DNA from: Microcoleus sp.
Lineage (GTDB): Bacteria > Cyanobacteriota > Cyanobacteriia > Cyanobacteriales > Microcoleaceae
Direction: 5' to 3'
Length of the DNA: 64,000 nt
Assembly: GCA_042408215.1 (NCBI GenBank)
Contig: JAYFMW010000014.1
Coordinates: forward strand, 1 to 64,000
The number at the start of each line of letters is the position of its first letter. The stretch's first letter is position 1. This document shows, piece after piece, positions 10,946-21,471 of the stretch. The translations under genes and the position numbers were made by a program. Below the pieces are notes generated by a model. That model had not been told where the DNA came from, made no database searches, and saw only the letters and a program-made list of their open reading frames with translations.

Positions 10946-12868
10946 ATGTGCGGAATCGTTGGCTATATCGGCACGCAAGCAGCAAGCGAGATTTTGCTAG
11001 CAGGATTAGAGAAACTGGAATACCGGGGTTACGATTCAGCGGGCCTCGCTACCATCTGGGAAGGAGAAATTACCTGCATCCGCGCCAAGGGCAAATTGCA
11101 CAACCTGCGGGAAAAATTAGCTGAAATAGAAAATCTAGCTTCCATTGGAATCGGACACACCCGCTGGGCAACTCACGGCAAGCCAGAGGAATATAACGCT
11201 CACCCTCATCTCGATAATAGCGGGCGAATTGCAGTAGTTCAAAATGGCATTGTCGAAAACTATCGCGAATTGCGGGAAGAATTGAAAGCCAAGGGACATA
11301 AATTTGTCTCGGATACGGACACTGAAGTTATTCCTCATTTAATTGCTGACTTTTTGGCAGAAGTCAGAGGGAAGAAGTCAGAGGGAAAAGGCAAGAGAGC
11401 AGAGGAAATTGCCGATTTTTCATTTTTAGAAGTGGTTTTAAAGGCGGTAAATAGATTAGAAGGAGCTTTTGCGATCGCCGTTATTTGTGCCGATTTTCCC
11501 GACGAATTAATTGTCGCCAGACAGCAAGCTCCTTTGGTGATTGGCTTTGGTGCTGGGGAATTTTTCTGCGCTTCCGACACCCCGGCCTTAATATCTCACA
11601 CCCGCGCTGTTTTGTCTCTAGAAAATGGGGAAGTAGCAAGGCTAACTCCGATGGGAGTTGAAGTTTACAGCTTTGCAGGGCAAAGGCTGAAAAAAAGCCC
11701 GCGCCTCCTCGGCTGGAGTCCGGTTTCCGTCGAGAAACAGGGCTTTAAGCACTTCATGCACAAGGAAATTTACGAACAGCCCGCCGTAGTCAGAGCTTGT
11801 TTGGAGGCTTATTTAGACAACGACTGGAATCCAGAAAGTACAGAATCTCCTATTAATCTAAACTTGCCAAAAGAACTTTGTGCTGATGTCGAACAAATTT
11901 CAATTCTTGCCTGTGGTACTAGCTGGCACGCCTCGCTAATTGGCAAATATCTTTTAGAACAATTAGCCAACATCCCAACAGCAGTGCAGTACGCTTCAGA
12001 ATACCGATACGCACCGGCACCGCTGACAGGAAATACTTTAATTATTGGGGTAACACAGTCTGGAGAAACGGCGGACACACTGGCTGCTTTGGGTATGGAA
12101 CAGCAGCGCCGCGCGGGTTTTACCGATAAATTCCGGGCGAGAATGTTAGGCATTACTAACAGGACTGAAAGTTCTATCGCCCACATGATGCCGCACATTA
12201 TTCACACCCACGCTGGCATAGAAATTGGCGTTGCTGCAACGAAAAGTTTTGTGACTCAGTTGATGGCATTCTATTTCTTGGCTTTGGATTTAGCACACCA
12301 GCGGCAAACTATCAGTAACGGGAGATTGGCAGAAATCCTTGCTGGTTTGCGCCAGTTGCCGGCAGAAATTGAAAAGTTTTTTGAGATTCAAGAACAGTAT
12401 GTGGAGGAATTGTCCAACCAGTTTACCGAAACCCAAGATTTTATTTTTGTGGGGCGGGGAATTAACTTTCCCATTGCGTTAGAAGGGGCTTTGAAACTAA
12501 AGGAAATCAGCTACATTCACGCTGAAGGATATCCCGCCGGAGAGATGAAACATGGCCCGATCGCCCTTTTGGACGCGAAAGTGCCTGTAGTGGCGATCGC
12601 CATGCCCGGTAGCGTTTACGAAAAGGTGCTTTCCAACGCTCAAGAAGCCAAAGCGCGGGATGCTCGTTTAATTGGCGTTACTCCGCAGCAAGGTGTGGCG
12701 GAAGCCGATATTTTTGACCACATTTTGCCGGTGCCTTTGGTGGATGAATTATTGTCGCCAATTGTGACAGTAATTCCGCTGCAATTGTTGGCTTATCACA
12801 TTGCCGCGCGACGGGGTTTGGATGTGGATCAACCTCGGAATTTGGCGAAGTCGGTGACGGTGGAATAA
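10946..12868 (+). CDS. glmS: Glutamine--fructose-6-phosphate aminotransferase
   Basis: MCGIVG, GHTRWATHG and PRNLAKSVTVE. Confidence 0.98.
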   Translation: MCGIVGYIGTQAASEILLAGLEKLEYRGYDSAGLATIWEGEITCIRAKGKLHNLREKLAEIENLASIGIGHTRWATHGKPEEYNAHPHLDNSGRIAVVQNGIVENYRELREELKAKGHKFVSDTDTEVIPHLIADFLAEVRGKKSEGKGKRAEEIADFSFLEVVLKAVNRLEGAFAIAVICADFPDELIVARQQAPLVIGFGAGEFFCASDTPALISHTRAVLSLENGEVARLTPMGVEVYSFAGQRLKKSPRLLGWSPVSVEKQGFKHFMHKEIYEQPAVVRACLEAYLDNDWNPESTESPINLNLPKELCADVEQISILACGTSWHASLIGKYLLEQLANIPTAVQYASEYRYAPAPLTGNTLIIGVTQSGETADTLAALGMEQQRRAGFTDKFRARMLGITNRTESSIAHMMPHIIHTHAGIEIGVAATKSFVTQLMAFYFLALDLAHQRQTISNGRLAEILAGLRQLPAEIEKFFEIQEQYVEELSNQFTETQDFIFVGRGINFPIALEGALKLKEISYIHAEGYPAGEMKHGPIALLDAKVPVVAIAMPGSVYEKVLSNAQEAKARDARLIGVTPQQGVAEADIFDHILPVPLVDELLSPIVTVIPLQLLAYHIAARRGLDVDQPRNLAKSVTVE

Positions 12869-12872
12869 AGGA

Positions 12873-13115
12873 AGTCATTAGTCATTAGTCATTAGTCATT
12901 AGTCATTGGTCATTAGTCATTAGTCATTAGTCATTAGTCATTAGTCATTAGTCATTAGTCATTAGTCATTAGTTGGTTGTTGGTTGTTCTAATAACCAAT
13001 AACCAATAACCTATGCCCTATGCCCTATGCCCAATTCCCTATGCCCTATGCCCTATGCCCTATGCCCTATGCCCTATGCCCTATGCCCTATGCCCTATGC
13101 CCTATGCCCTATGCC
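12873..13115. repeat. Heptamer STRR tracts (AGTCATT)n and (CCTATGC)n
   Basis: Directly visible tandem heptamers between convergent genes. Confidence 0.9.
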
Positions 13116-14789
13116 CTCTTTGCACACCCCGCAAATTGCGGCTAACAGCAGCCAGCTTATGGTATTCACTCGAAAATCAAACAGCGTTACATCTACGGTG
13201 TTAAATAGGGTGCAGGCGGCGAAAGCTAATAAATAACTGAAGAAAATTAGGCGATCGCCTGAATTTGTGTCTTGACAAATTACCCGATTTGTGATATGAG
13301 ATATCGCATTTTTCTCTGTGGCCTGTGCGGCTATTTGCTCCTGTTCAATATCCACAGGAAAATGCGATCGCCAATTCACCAACAGCAAAACACCCCTAGC
13401 CAAAACCCAGCCCACTAAACCCAAAAAGAACAGCGTTGCCGGTATTCCCGTTTCCGCAGTCAGCATCAGTATCAAACTGTGAGGATGACCAAGCCATTCG
13501 TGCATTTGAGCTTCATAAAGAGGCGTAAAATTTCGCAGTCCCCAACCAGTCCAAGGACGCTGCTGAGTCATCGACCACGCAAATTGCCACTGAGTAGTTC
13601 TCAAAGTAGCTGTCGGCCGATTGGGAAACATCTCATCTGTCAGTCTGGCCCAGAAAAAAGATGGGATAATTACTCGTAAATATTGCCGCAGCGGTGGCGG
13701 GCCAAAAGCCGACAAAAAAACTGCCCCAACAGCACTAAAAACCACAGCTAAGAATTTTTTATAACCCCTATAAAATGCAAAAGCCAAAACTGCCAAAACT
13801 GCCAGTCCCCAAGCATTGCGAGAATTAGTGAAAATTAAAGCAACAGCATTTCCCACCACTGCAAAACTTAAAAATAGAAATTGGTAATTGGGCCTTGGGC
13901 CTTGGGAATTGGGAATTGGGAATTGGGAATCGGGAATTGGGAATTGGGAATTGGGAATTGGGAATTCATTAATTGTTTCCCTCTTCCCTCTTCCCTCGGA
14001 CTTCTTCCCTCGGACTTCTTCCCTCAACATCCATCCGTTAAATCCTTTAAATCCGTTAAATTCGTTGCCGAACTTCCCTCTTTCCTCTGCCTTATGCCTT
14101 ATGCCTTCTGCCTTCTGCCTTCTATCCGTTAAATCCGTTACACAATCCGTTGCCGAACTTCCTTCTTCCCACAATCCCAAAGCTAAAATAAACACAATTG
14201 TCAGATAACAAGCTAAAATATTAGCATACATAAATACAGAAGCCATCCTACCCGGAGGATTTCCCGTAGGTTCGAGTACCCAACCCAAAACTGGCTGCAA
14301 TTGAACAATGCCACTCCAACCTAAAAATTGCTGTCCAAAACCTAAAATTATGACGGGAATTGAACTAATTACTATCATCCAAGACAATTGCCGCAATTGA
14401 GCCGGAGTTTGAATTAAACTGCTGAATGCCGCAAAAAATATAAAAAACGGCAAGAAATTGCCCAACCCTAAAAAAGCCTCGATGGGGTTGTTAGCAAAAA
14501 CCGCCGCGATCGCTAGCAATACACTGAGAATAACTAATCCTCGATTGACCGGGCGGCGACTAATTTGGCTAAATTTTTGTTTCCAAGTGCCGATTAATCC
14601 CAGGAATAGACCTAAAGCTCCCAAAATGGGAATCAAAGGAAAAATCAGCATCCCCAATTGAGCGAAATTCCAAGGTAATTGTAGGCTGCGATCGGGATGT
14701 TTTTGGATTCCAGACTTCAGATTTTCAACAGTCAGTTTGACCGATAATTTCAACTGATTTTTGATATTCACCCACACTCCTAATCTCAA
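13095..14789 (-). CDS. O-antigen ligase/IctB-like membrane protein with repeat-derived insertion (start uncertain)
   Basis: Multi-TM protein with [14 protein letters not shown] and HPHSL motifs. Confidence 0.85.
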   Translation of the reverse strand: MRLGVWVNIKNQLKLSVKLTVENLKSGIQKHPDRSLQLPWNFAQLGMLIFPLIPILGALGLFLGLIGTWKQKFSQISRRPVNRGLVILSVLLAIAAVFANNPIEAFLGLGNFLPFFIFFAAFSSLIQTPAQLRQLSWMIVISSIPVIILGFGQQFLGWSGIVQLQPVLGWVLEPTGNPPGRMASVFMYANILACYLTIVFILALGLWEEGSSATDCVTDLTDRRQKAEGIRHKAEERGKFGNEFNGFKGFNGWMLREEVRGKKSEGRGKRETINEFPIPNSQFPIPDSQFPIPNSQGPRPNYQFLFLSFAVVGNAVALIFTNSRNAWGLAVLAVLAFAFYRGYKKFLAVVFSAVGAVFLSAFGPPPLRQYLRVIIPSFFWARLTDEMFPNRPTATLRTTQWQFAWSMTQQRPWTGWGLRNFTPLYEAQMHEWLGHPHSLILMLTAETGIPATLFFLGLVGWVLARGVLLLVNWRSHFPVDIEQEQIAAQATEKNAISHITNRVICQDTNSGDRLIFFSYLLAFAACTLFNTVDVTLFDFRVNTISWLLLAAICGVCKEGIGHRA

Positions 14790-14814
14790 ATCTAAAATCT
14801 ACAATCTCAAATCT

Positions 14815-15660
14815 TTAGGCTAATTCCCAAGTGCATTCCGATCGCGTTAATCGAATTTGAGCTAAGGCAAAAATGGTCGGAATAATCCGAGCATAATTAG
14901 TTGAAATCGATCGCCAGCCCAAATCAGCTAAAAACCACGTCCACAGCACCGGGCCGAGAAACGAAAACACACTCCGCGTCGCACCGTAACGAGCGGCACT
15001 TGTCGCCAGAGAGCGCCGCGCTGTCTGAATTGCGACATAATTTTGAAACTGGGTTGCTGCGGCTCCTCCTCCTGTAATCACTGCTTGTTTGGCCATTTGA
15101 TATGTGGCAAAGTGCAGCGCAAATTGATGGGCCATTAGTTTGAGCAACACTGGTTTGACGATCGAACTAACAGCTAAAGCGCTCCCACCTTTGAAGAGTA
15201 AACCCAAGGGGTCTTTTTCCGCAGAAATCGGCAGAGGTTCGGAGAATTTAGACTCGACAATTGCTCGCTTTACTCGTACCGTCAATGCTTTTTTTTCTGC
15301 GGAAGGTAACTGCTTCCATGCGCGGCCCATTAAGTGCAAAAATACTTCTGCTTCTAAGTCTGTGGTTGACAACTGTTTGGGATAGGGAATTTTGAGATAG
15401 CGACAAACTTGAATTAGGGCTTGTCTATAAGTTACTTGTTCGGTTCGTCCTCTGAGTACCGTCAATCCGTCTGCTGCTAGATAACGAAACCGCTGTTCTA
15501 CGGCGTCTAGCCAAGCTTCGCGATCGCGACTTTGTACATCTATCGGTGCGGGGGTTTGCACGTAATCTAAAGGATTAAACCTGCGGCTGAACAGGAGTTC
15601 TGTTAGTTGTTGCAATTCTTCTTCTGTTGCTAATTCTAGCGCTGCTCTGAGTTCGTCCAA
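14815..15660 (-). CDS. YaaW/UPF0174-like conserved protein
   Basis: MDELRAALELATEEEL...IIPTIFALAQIRL, a recognisable conserved cyanobacterial family. Confidence 0.75.
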   Translation of the reverse strand: MDELRAALELATEEELQQLTELLFSRRFNPLDYVQTPAPIDVQSRDREAWLDAVEQRFRYLAADGLTVLRGRTEQVTYRQALIQVCRYLKIPYPKQLSTTDLEAEVFLHLMGRAWKQLPSAEKKALTVRVKRAIVESKFSEPLPISAEKDPLGLLFKGGSALAVSSIVKPVLLKLMAHQFALHFATYQMAKQAVITGGGAAATQFQNYVAIQTARRSLATSAARYGATRSVFSFLGPVLWTWFLADLGWRSISTNYARIIPTIFALAQIRLTRSECTWELA

Positions 15661-16163
15661 GATTTTGCCCTCCCTTATACCATTTGAGATTTGAGATTTG
15701 AGATTTGAGATTGCTGCTGCTTGACAACCATCGGGTTTGGGAATTTGCCTACAGTGGCTTTTTTTTTGTTGGTTTTTTTTGTTGTTTATTTTTTTTGTGT
15801 GGTCTTAATCACGGATTCGTGCTGTCCCCTATTCTACTACTTGGTGCGGGGCGATCGACAGGCTTTGCACAGAAGCTCCGACTACTAGAAGCCATAACCT
15901 CAGCAGCACCTCCCAGCGGACATCTAAATTTTACAGTCAAGTTTGGGGTGTCCCCCCCGCCCTAAAAATACAATTTAGATGCTCAACAGCTTACCAGGAA
16001 ACCCCTGGGTACGCCTGCAACCCCGCAGCTTGAGGAGTCAAACCGTCTCCCTGAACCCCCACTATGTTATTGGTTATCAACAAAGGAAAAATAATTTAGT
16101 CTACTTCTGTTCAAAAAGGTCATTTAATCCTATAATGGTTTTGGATTTATTTGAACAAACTAA

Positions 16164-16925
16164 ATGATGTCTTCTTCTGTCGCACCGTCTTTTTTGCAGG
16201 GATACTGGCAAGATGCTTTCAATCTCAAGCAGCATCTACAGGAATTTTTAAACTTAGATTTAGAAACAATTGAAAAAGAGCTGGCCCTCGGTCAACAATC
16301 CCTAAAAGAAATAGGTCATCGGGATTTTGATTGGGAAAAAGCCACTGAATTTTATCGCGATCGAGTCGGACAAGCTTACCTATTTGAACTGGGAGCTTGG
16401 CATTTGTCCAGTCAGGATTATATAGGAGGCACTTTAACATTAATATCAGATATGGCGATCGGTCGAGTTTTAGATTTTGGCGGCGGTATTGGCACTCATG
16501 CTATTGCAGCAGCTCTTTGTCCTCAAGTAGAACAAGTAGTCTATTGCGATCTTAACCCCATAAATTGCAATTTTGTTCAAAGCCGAGCTGCTAAGTTAGG
16601 ATTGAGTAACAAAATTTCCTGTTGTCTGGAAGTATCTCCGACGGAAGTTTTCGAGACGATTATTTGTTTGGATGTGATGGAACATTTACTAAATCCCAGT
16701 CAGCAATTGATGGAATTCCACAAAATGCTGACTCCATCAGGGAAGATTATCCTTAACTGGTATTTCTTTAAAGGTTTTAATCAAGAATTTCCTTTTCACC
16801 TAGAAGACGAGGCTGAAATAAACAGATTTTTCTATCAACTTCAGTCTCAGTTTATCGAAGTTTTTCACCCTCATTTAATTACGGCTCGTTGCTATCGCAA
16901 ATTACAGCGTATTCCAGGTTTATGA
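16164..16925 (+). CDS. Class I SAM-dependent methyltransferase
   Basis: VLDFGGGIG and CLDVMEH motifs. Confidence 0.9.
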   Translation: MMSSSVAPSFLQGYWQDAFNLKQHLQEFLNLDLETIEKELALGQQSLKEIGHRDFDWEKATEFYRDRVGQAYLFELGAWHLSSQDYIGGTLTLISDMAIGRVLDFGGGIGTHAIAAALCPQVEQVVYCDLNPINCNFVQSRAAKLGLSNKISCCLEVSPTEVFETIICLDVMEHLLNPSQQLMEFHKMLTPSGKIILNWYFFKGFNQEFPFHLEDEAEINRFFYQLQSQFIEVFHPHLITARCYRKLQRIPGL

Positions 16926-17096
16926 AGTGTAGTAGGTGACCAGGCCTTCGTGTCCCTACGGGGATCGAACGATCTGGGGTGTACTTCATAAACGTGGAAT
17001 CTGCTGTAACTCCAAGTTGAGAGATTCATGATTGTTGCATCTTCCATCTTCCATCTTCCATCTTCCATCTTCCATCTTCCATCTTCCTTCTTTTAT

Positions 17097-18158
17097 ATGT
17101 TCGATGTTGCGGTGATTGGTGCGGGTATGGCGGGGCTGAGTTGCGCTCAACGGTTGCGCCTCGCTGGTTATTCTGTGGCGGTTGTTGAAAAATCTCGCGG
17201 TGTGGGCGGAAGAGTCGCTACTCGCCGCGTTAATGGTACTAGGGCCGATCATGGGGCTCCCTATCTGGAACCCCAGGGGGATGCGGTGCAGGGGTTAATT
17301 GATGTTTTGGTCGATCGCCATCTCCTTAAACTCTGGACTGATACTGTCTGGGAATTCAGACAGGGAGAACTTTTTTCTAGCCCTAATTCCTGCTATGTTG
17401 CACCGGCTGGAATGAATGCTGTTGGTAAGTATTTGGCTGAGGATTTAGAGATTTGGTTTGGCCGCCGTGTACAAGCTATTTCTACTACAGATAACCAAAT
17501 GTGGCATCTTTCCCTAGAAGTTACTGATGACAATTTAGAGAGGCCTCAAGAATTGATTGCTAAGGCGATCGTAGTAGCAATTCCTGCGACCCAAGCTTTA
17601 ATGTTTTTGAACTCTGAAATCGGTTTGCTGCCTGATTTTATTGACAAATTGCGCTCGGTTGAGTATGACCCTTGCATTACTGTTATGGCTGGCTATTCTG
17701 CGGCAAAACAGCAAGATTTGAGTCATCTAAATCCGCAGTGGACAACTGTTACTTTTCGAGATGATGCTGATTTAGCTTGGGTTGGTTTAGATAGTAGCAA
17801 GCGGCTTGAGTCCCAGCAGCCTGTGTTTGTGGTTCACAGTAGTGCAAATTTTGCCGATCGCTATTTGGAATCTGTTGATTTGCAAACAGTCGGTCAGCAA
17901 TTGCTCGATCGCACTTCTGAACATTTGATGCCTTGGCTAAAAGAGCCTGAATGGTTACAGGTTCACCGCTGGCGCTATGCTTTTTGTCGAAATCCTTTGC
18001 CTGTTTCTTGTTTGGCTGCTGCGGGAACTTTGCCGCTGGTTTGTGCGGGGGATTTGTGCGGGGGAAATCAAATAGAGGGTGCTTTGCGATCGGGTTTGGC
18101 GGCGGCTAATTGGGTGAACTCCCAATTGGATGATTTGCCTTTGAACGCAATCATATAG
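17097..18158 (+). CDS. FAD/NAD(P)-dependent oxidoreductase (renalase-like)
   Basis: GAGMAG, EKSRGVGGR, DHGA and HRWRYA. The ORF-track extension upstream of 17097 is STRR-derived. Confidence 0.9.
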   Translation: MFDVAVIGAGMAGLSCAQRLRLAGYSVAVVEKSRGVGGRVATRRVNGTRADHGAPYLEPQGDAVQGLIDVLVDRHLLKLWTDTVWEFRQGELFSSPNSCYVAPAGMNAVGKYLAEDLEIWFGRRVQAISTTDNQMWHLSLEVTDDNLERPQELIAKAIVVAIPATQALMFLNSEIGLLPDFIDKLRSVEYDPCITVMAGYSAAKQQDLSHLNPQWTTVTFRDDADLAWVGLDSSKRLESQQPVFVVHSSANFADRYLESVDLQTVGQQLLDRTSEHLMPWLKEPEWLQVHRWRYAFCRNPLPVSCLAAAGTLPLVCAGDLCGGNQIEGALRSGLAAANWVNSQLDDLPLNAII

Positions 18159-18304
18159 AAGAAGAAGCAAGAAGCAAGAAGCAAGAAGCAAGAAGCAAGA
18201 AGGAAGAAGTAGTTAAGCTCTCCACCCATCACCCCGACTTTTTTAAGCATTCGGGGCGATCGCAAAGAGTGTTCGCCGAACTAATATGCTAATTTCCCAA
18301 TTGG

Positions 18305-19270
18305 TTATTTCTGTGCTGTTTCCTGCTGTTTTAAATCTTGTTCCTGCATCTTTAATAATTCGGGAACTGTTACGAATGTATACCCTTCTTTTCTGAATTT
18401 AGCAATAATATCGGGCAAAGCTTCTACAGTCCTCGATCGATTGCCTCCGCCGTCGTGCATCAGCACGATACCGCCGGAATTTGCCTGTCGCATCACATTT
18501 TCCATCAACGATTGCGTAGCAGTCCGCCAATCTAAAGAATCAGCAGACCACATCACAACTGTATAATTTCTTTTTTGAGCATAAGCTGCTAATCCATTGT
18601 TTAAAATGCCGCCTGGGGGGCGGAAAATAGATGTTCTGATGCCTGTTAATTCCTCAATTAAGGATGTCGTGCGATCGATCTCGCGAGCAGCGCCCTCTTC
18701 GTTGTACTTAAAGTATTCGTGGTGCCAAGTGTGGTTGCCGATCGCGTGACCCGCAGCGGCGACTTGCTTGCCCAGTTCTGGATAAGTTTGCAGGTATCTT
18801 CCCACCCAGAAGAAGGTAGCCTTAATATTGTTTTTCTTGAGAAGATCGAGGATTTGTACAGTTGTTGTGGGCCAGGGGCCGTCGTCAAATGTCAGGGCGA
18901 TCGCCTTGTGCCGGGAGTCGAGTTTAACCTGACTAAGGGTTGTACCCTGAAACTGGGATGGTATTGAAGACACAAAGCGACTCTCCTGCAATTGGACGAT
19001 CGCCTTTTGGGAAAATTCTACTCTGTCTCCGATCGCCTGTTTCACCCGATTAAAATTTGAACTCGGCTGGTTTTCTGCCGACTGGGATATGTTGACGACT
19101 TGCGCCTGCGACGCCGCCCCTGGCACGATCGCCCGGAAGTTGATCGGTAGCGTCACGCCCACTACAAAACTGCCCACAGCAGCTATGAAAGCAACGATGA
19201 AAATTTTTCGTCGCCTCCACAGCCGTTTCAAGTTTGTCACTCTCTTTGATAACACTATGATCTCCTTCAC
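18305..19270 (-). CDS. Polysaccharide deacetylase (NodB/CE4)
   Basis: TFDDGP, HTWHH, FRPPGG and VLMHD motifs; N-terminal TM helix. Confidence 0.93.
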   Translation of the reverse strand: MKEIIVLSKRVTNLKRLWRRRKIFIVAFIAAVGSFVVGVTLPINFRAIVPGAASQAQVVNISQSAENQPSSNFNRVKQAIGDRVEFSQKAIVQLQESRFVSSIPSQFQGTTLSQVKLDSRHKAIALTFDDGPWPTTTVQILDLLKKNNIKATFFWVGRYLQTYPELGKQVAAAGHAIGNHTWHHEYFKYNEEGAAREIDRTTSLIEELTGIRTSIFRPPGGILNNGLAAYAQKRNYTVVMWSADSLDWRTATQSLMENVMRQANSGGIVLMHDGGGNRSRTVEALPDIIAKFRKEGYTFVTVPELLKMQEQDLKQQETAQK

Positions 19271-19344
19271 ACCTTGCAGAGTTAATTCTAGATCTTAATC
19301 GGAATTGAGAATTCAGAATTGGGAAAATGACTACTGACAACTAA

Positions 19345-19391
19345 CCGATGAACCAAGCATTCCCGTGGCTTTAGCTCTGGGGAGTTGTCAA
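19345..19391 (+). mobile_element. Isolated IS200/IS605 right-end stub
   Basis: CGATGAACCAAGCATTCCCGTGGCTTTAGCTCTGGGGAGTTGTCAA resembles the other right ends in the window. Confidence 0.5.
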
Positions 19392-19405
19392 TATTCTCTC
19401 TTTGT

Positions 19406-19855
19406 TTGACACTCCCGGGCCTGAACGCGCGGGGATTCTTGGTTCACTGACACACCTTTAAACTTTCGGCAATATTTAAACCCAAAACCCGTCGAATTCA
19501 ACGAAGTTTCGAGCCTAATTTGAATAGCCCCAGAGGGCTTGTCTCCCCAAGCGTTAAGGGCTCACTCCCTTTGTTCCCGTAGGCCCTACGGTACATCTAA
19601 CTACTAAGATTTTGAGTTTTCTGGTATGGGTGCGCGATGGCGACCCTAGCTATGTTTTTGTGGTTTTCGCCACCCACGAGACATTATTGTTTCCTAGCCA
19701 GTCGTTTTGGGGTTGGTTATCCATTCGATGCTCGCGGTTATTCTACCTGTATCTATTTGTAGTATACCGTACTACTTGGGAAACTTTTAGAACTTTTAGA
19801 ACTTTTTGGAAATAAAGCCGTCCTTGTAGGACGGGGTTTTAAACCCAATTTTCTG
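19406..19855 (-). mobile_element. Non-autonomous IS605-type mini-element inserted in the 3' end of panC/cmk
   Basis: Minus strand CTTAT|CAGAAAATTGGGTTTAAAACCCCGTCCTACAAGGACGGCTTT ... AAGAATCCCCGCGCGTTCAGGCCCGGGAGTGTCAA; left end like 60846. Confidence 0.8.
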
Positions 19856-21420
19856 ATAAGCCGACAATCCGATCGATCACTTCGGCAATAGTCAGACCAT
19901 CTGTTTGGATTTCTACAGCATCGGCAGCTTTGCGTAAAGGTGCAACCTCGCGGGTACTATCCTTTTCGTCCCGCTCTTCGATGTCTTGTTCCAACTGTTC
20001 CAAACTGATGTCGGCCCGGCCGCTGTTTTTAAGTTCTAACAACCGCCTGCGCGATCGCTCTTTTACCGAAGCTGTCAAAAAAATCTTGAGTTCCGCATCC
20101 GGGAACACGTTAGTGCCAATATCACGGCCTTCTGCCACAATTCCGCCTTTGATGCCACAACGCCGCTGCTGTGAAACCAAAAACTTACGCACGACGGGAT
20201 GAGCCGCCATTTCCGAGACGCGGGCTGTCACTTCCAAACTGCGAATTGCTTCGGTGACATCTTCGCCGTTAATCTTCAGCATCAAACCCGAGGTCGGGTC
20301 GAGATTGTATTCCAAATAGCTCGAATTGACTAATTCGGCGATCGCGCATTCGTCGGAAATCGGCGTGTTTGTTGTCATCGCCAGCCACGTCACAGCTCGA
20401 TACATCGCCCCCGTATCGAGATAACACAGACCCAGAGCTTGGGCGACTTGTCTCGTGACTGTAGATTTCCCAGCTCCCGCCGGGCCGTCGATCGCCACAA
20501 TTGGCCGACGATTCCTCAGAATTATATTGTCAATCAACCGAGTCGAACCGATTCTGGCAGCCACGGCTAACAGTCCCGCTGTTTCCACAACGTCCAATGG
20601 TGCCAGAGTGTTGGGATCGACGAGTTCTGCGTACTCAAGCTCGACTGCGGTTGAGGCCACTTCTGCTTTGACAGCAGCGAGTATGGCCGCCGCCGTGCGA
20701 TCGCCTGAAGAAAAAGTTTTCAAGGCGATGCTGTAGAGCGCGGTAGAGTACCGAGGCTTGCTGTTTTTGCTCTTGTGTTAAATATTGATTGCGAGAACTC
20801 ATTGCCAATCCCGAAGCTTCGCGGACGATCGGACAAGCAACAATCTCTACAGGCCAGTTAAAATCCGCCACCAGTTTACGGATAATTGCTACCTGCTGCG
20901 CGTCCTTCTGACCGAAATAAGCTCTTGTCGGCTGCACCAAACTCAAAAGTTTAGTGACGATCGCAGCTACGCCCTGAAAATGACCGGGCCTGGATTTGCC
21001 GCACAGAACCGATGTCATCGCCGGCGGTGGCACAACTTGAGTCAAGGATGAAGGGTGAATCAGTTTTCGGGTCGGAATCTCAGCTACTGAGTTGGCTACA
21101 TCGACGGCCGACTTCCCAAACATTTCCTGTTCTGAGGGAGCAAAAATTGCATCGACTCCTGCTTGTTCGCACAGCAGCCGGTCTTGCTCCAAGTTGCGGG
21201 GATAATCTTGAAAATCTTCTTTGGGCCCAAATTGCAGCGGGTTGACAAAAATGCTGACCACGACGATCGCATTTTCTTGCCTGGCCCGCTGGATTAAGCT
21301 CAAATGTCCGGCGTGCAAAGCTCCCATCGTCGGCACTAAACCGATTTCTTTTTTAGGTGCTGCAGATTTTTGTGAATTTAAGTAGCAGCCTAGGGCTGCA
21401 ATGGTAGTAAACAGGCGCAC
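19839..21420 (-). CDS. panC/cmk: Bifunctional pantoate--beta-alanine ligase/cytidylate kinase (frameshift near 20730)
   Basis: PTMGALHAGH, FGQKD and MSSRN, then IDGPAGAGKST; split over two frames. Confidence 0.9.
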
Positions 21421-21471
21421 CGATACACTCCTGAAGGCATTCGTCTGTTGTATTGTGCCTCACAGTAGGGT

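Noticed and set aside
13013..13236. ORFs of (MPYALCP)n
   Set aside because: Translations of heptamer STRR tracts.
20700..20740. Programmed frameshift separating PanC and Cmk
   Set aside because: The break falls inside the PanC domain, and similar indels occur throughout the window.
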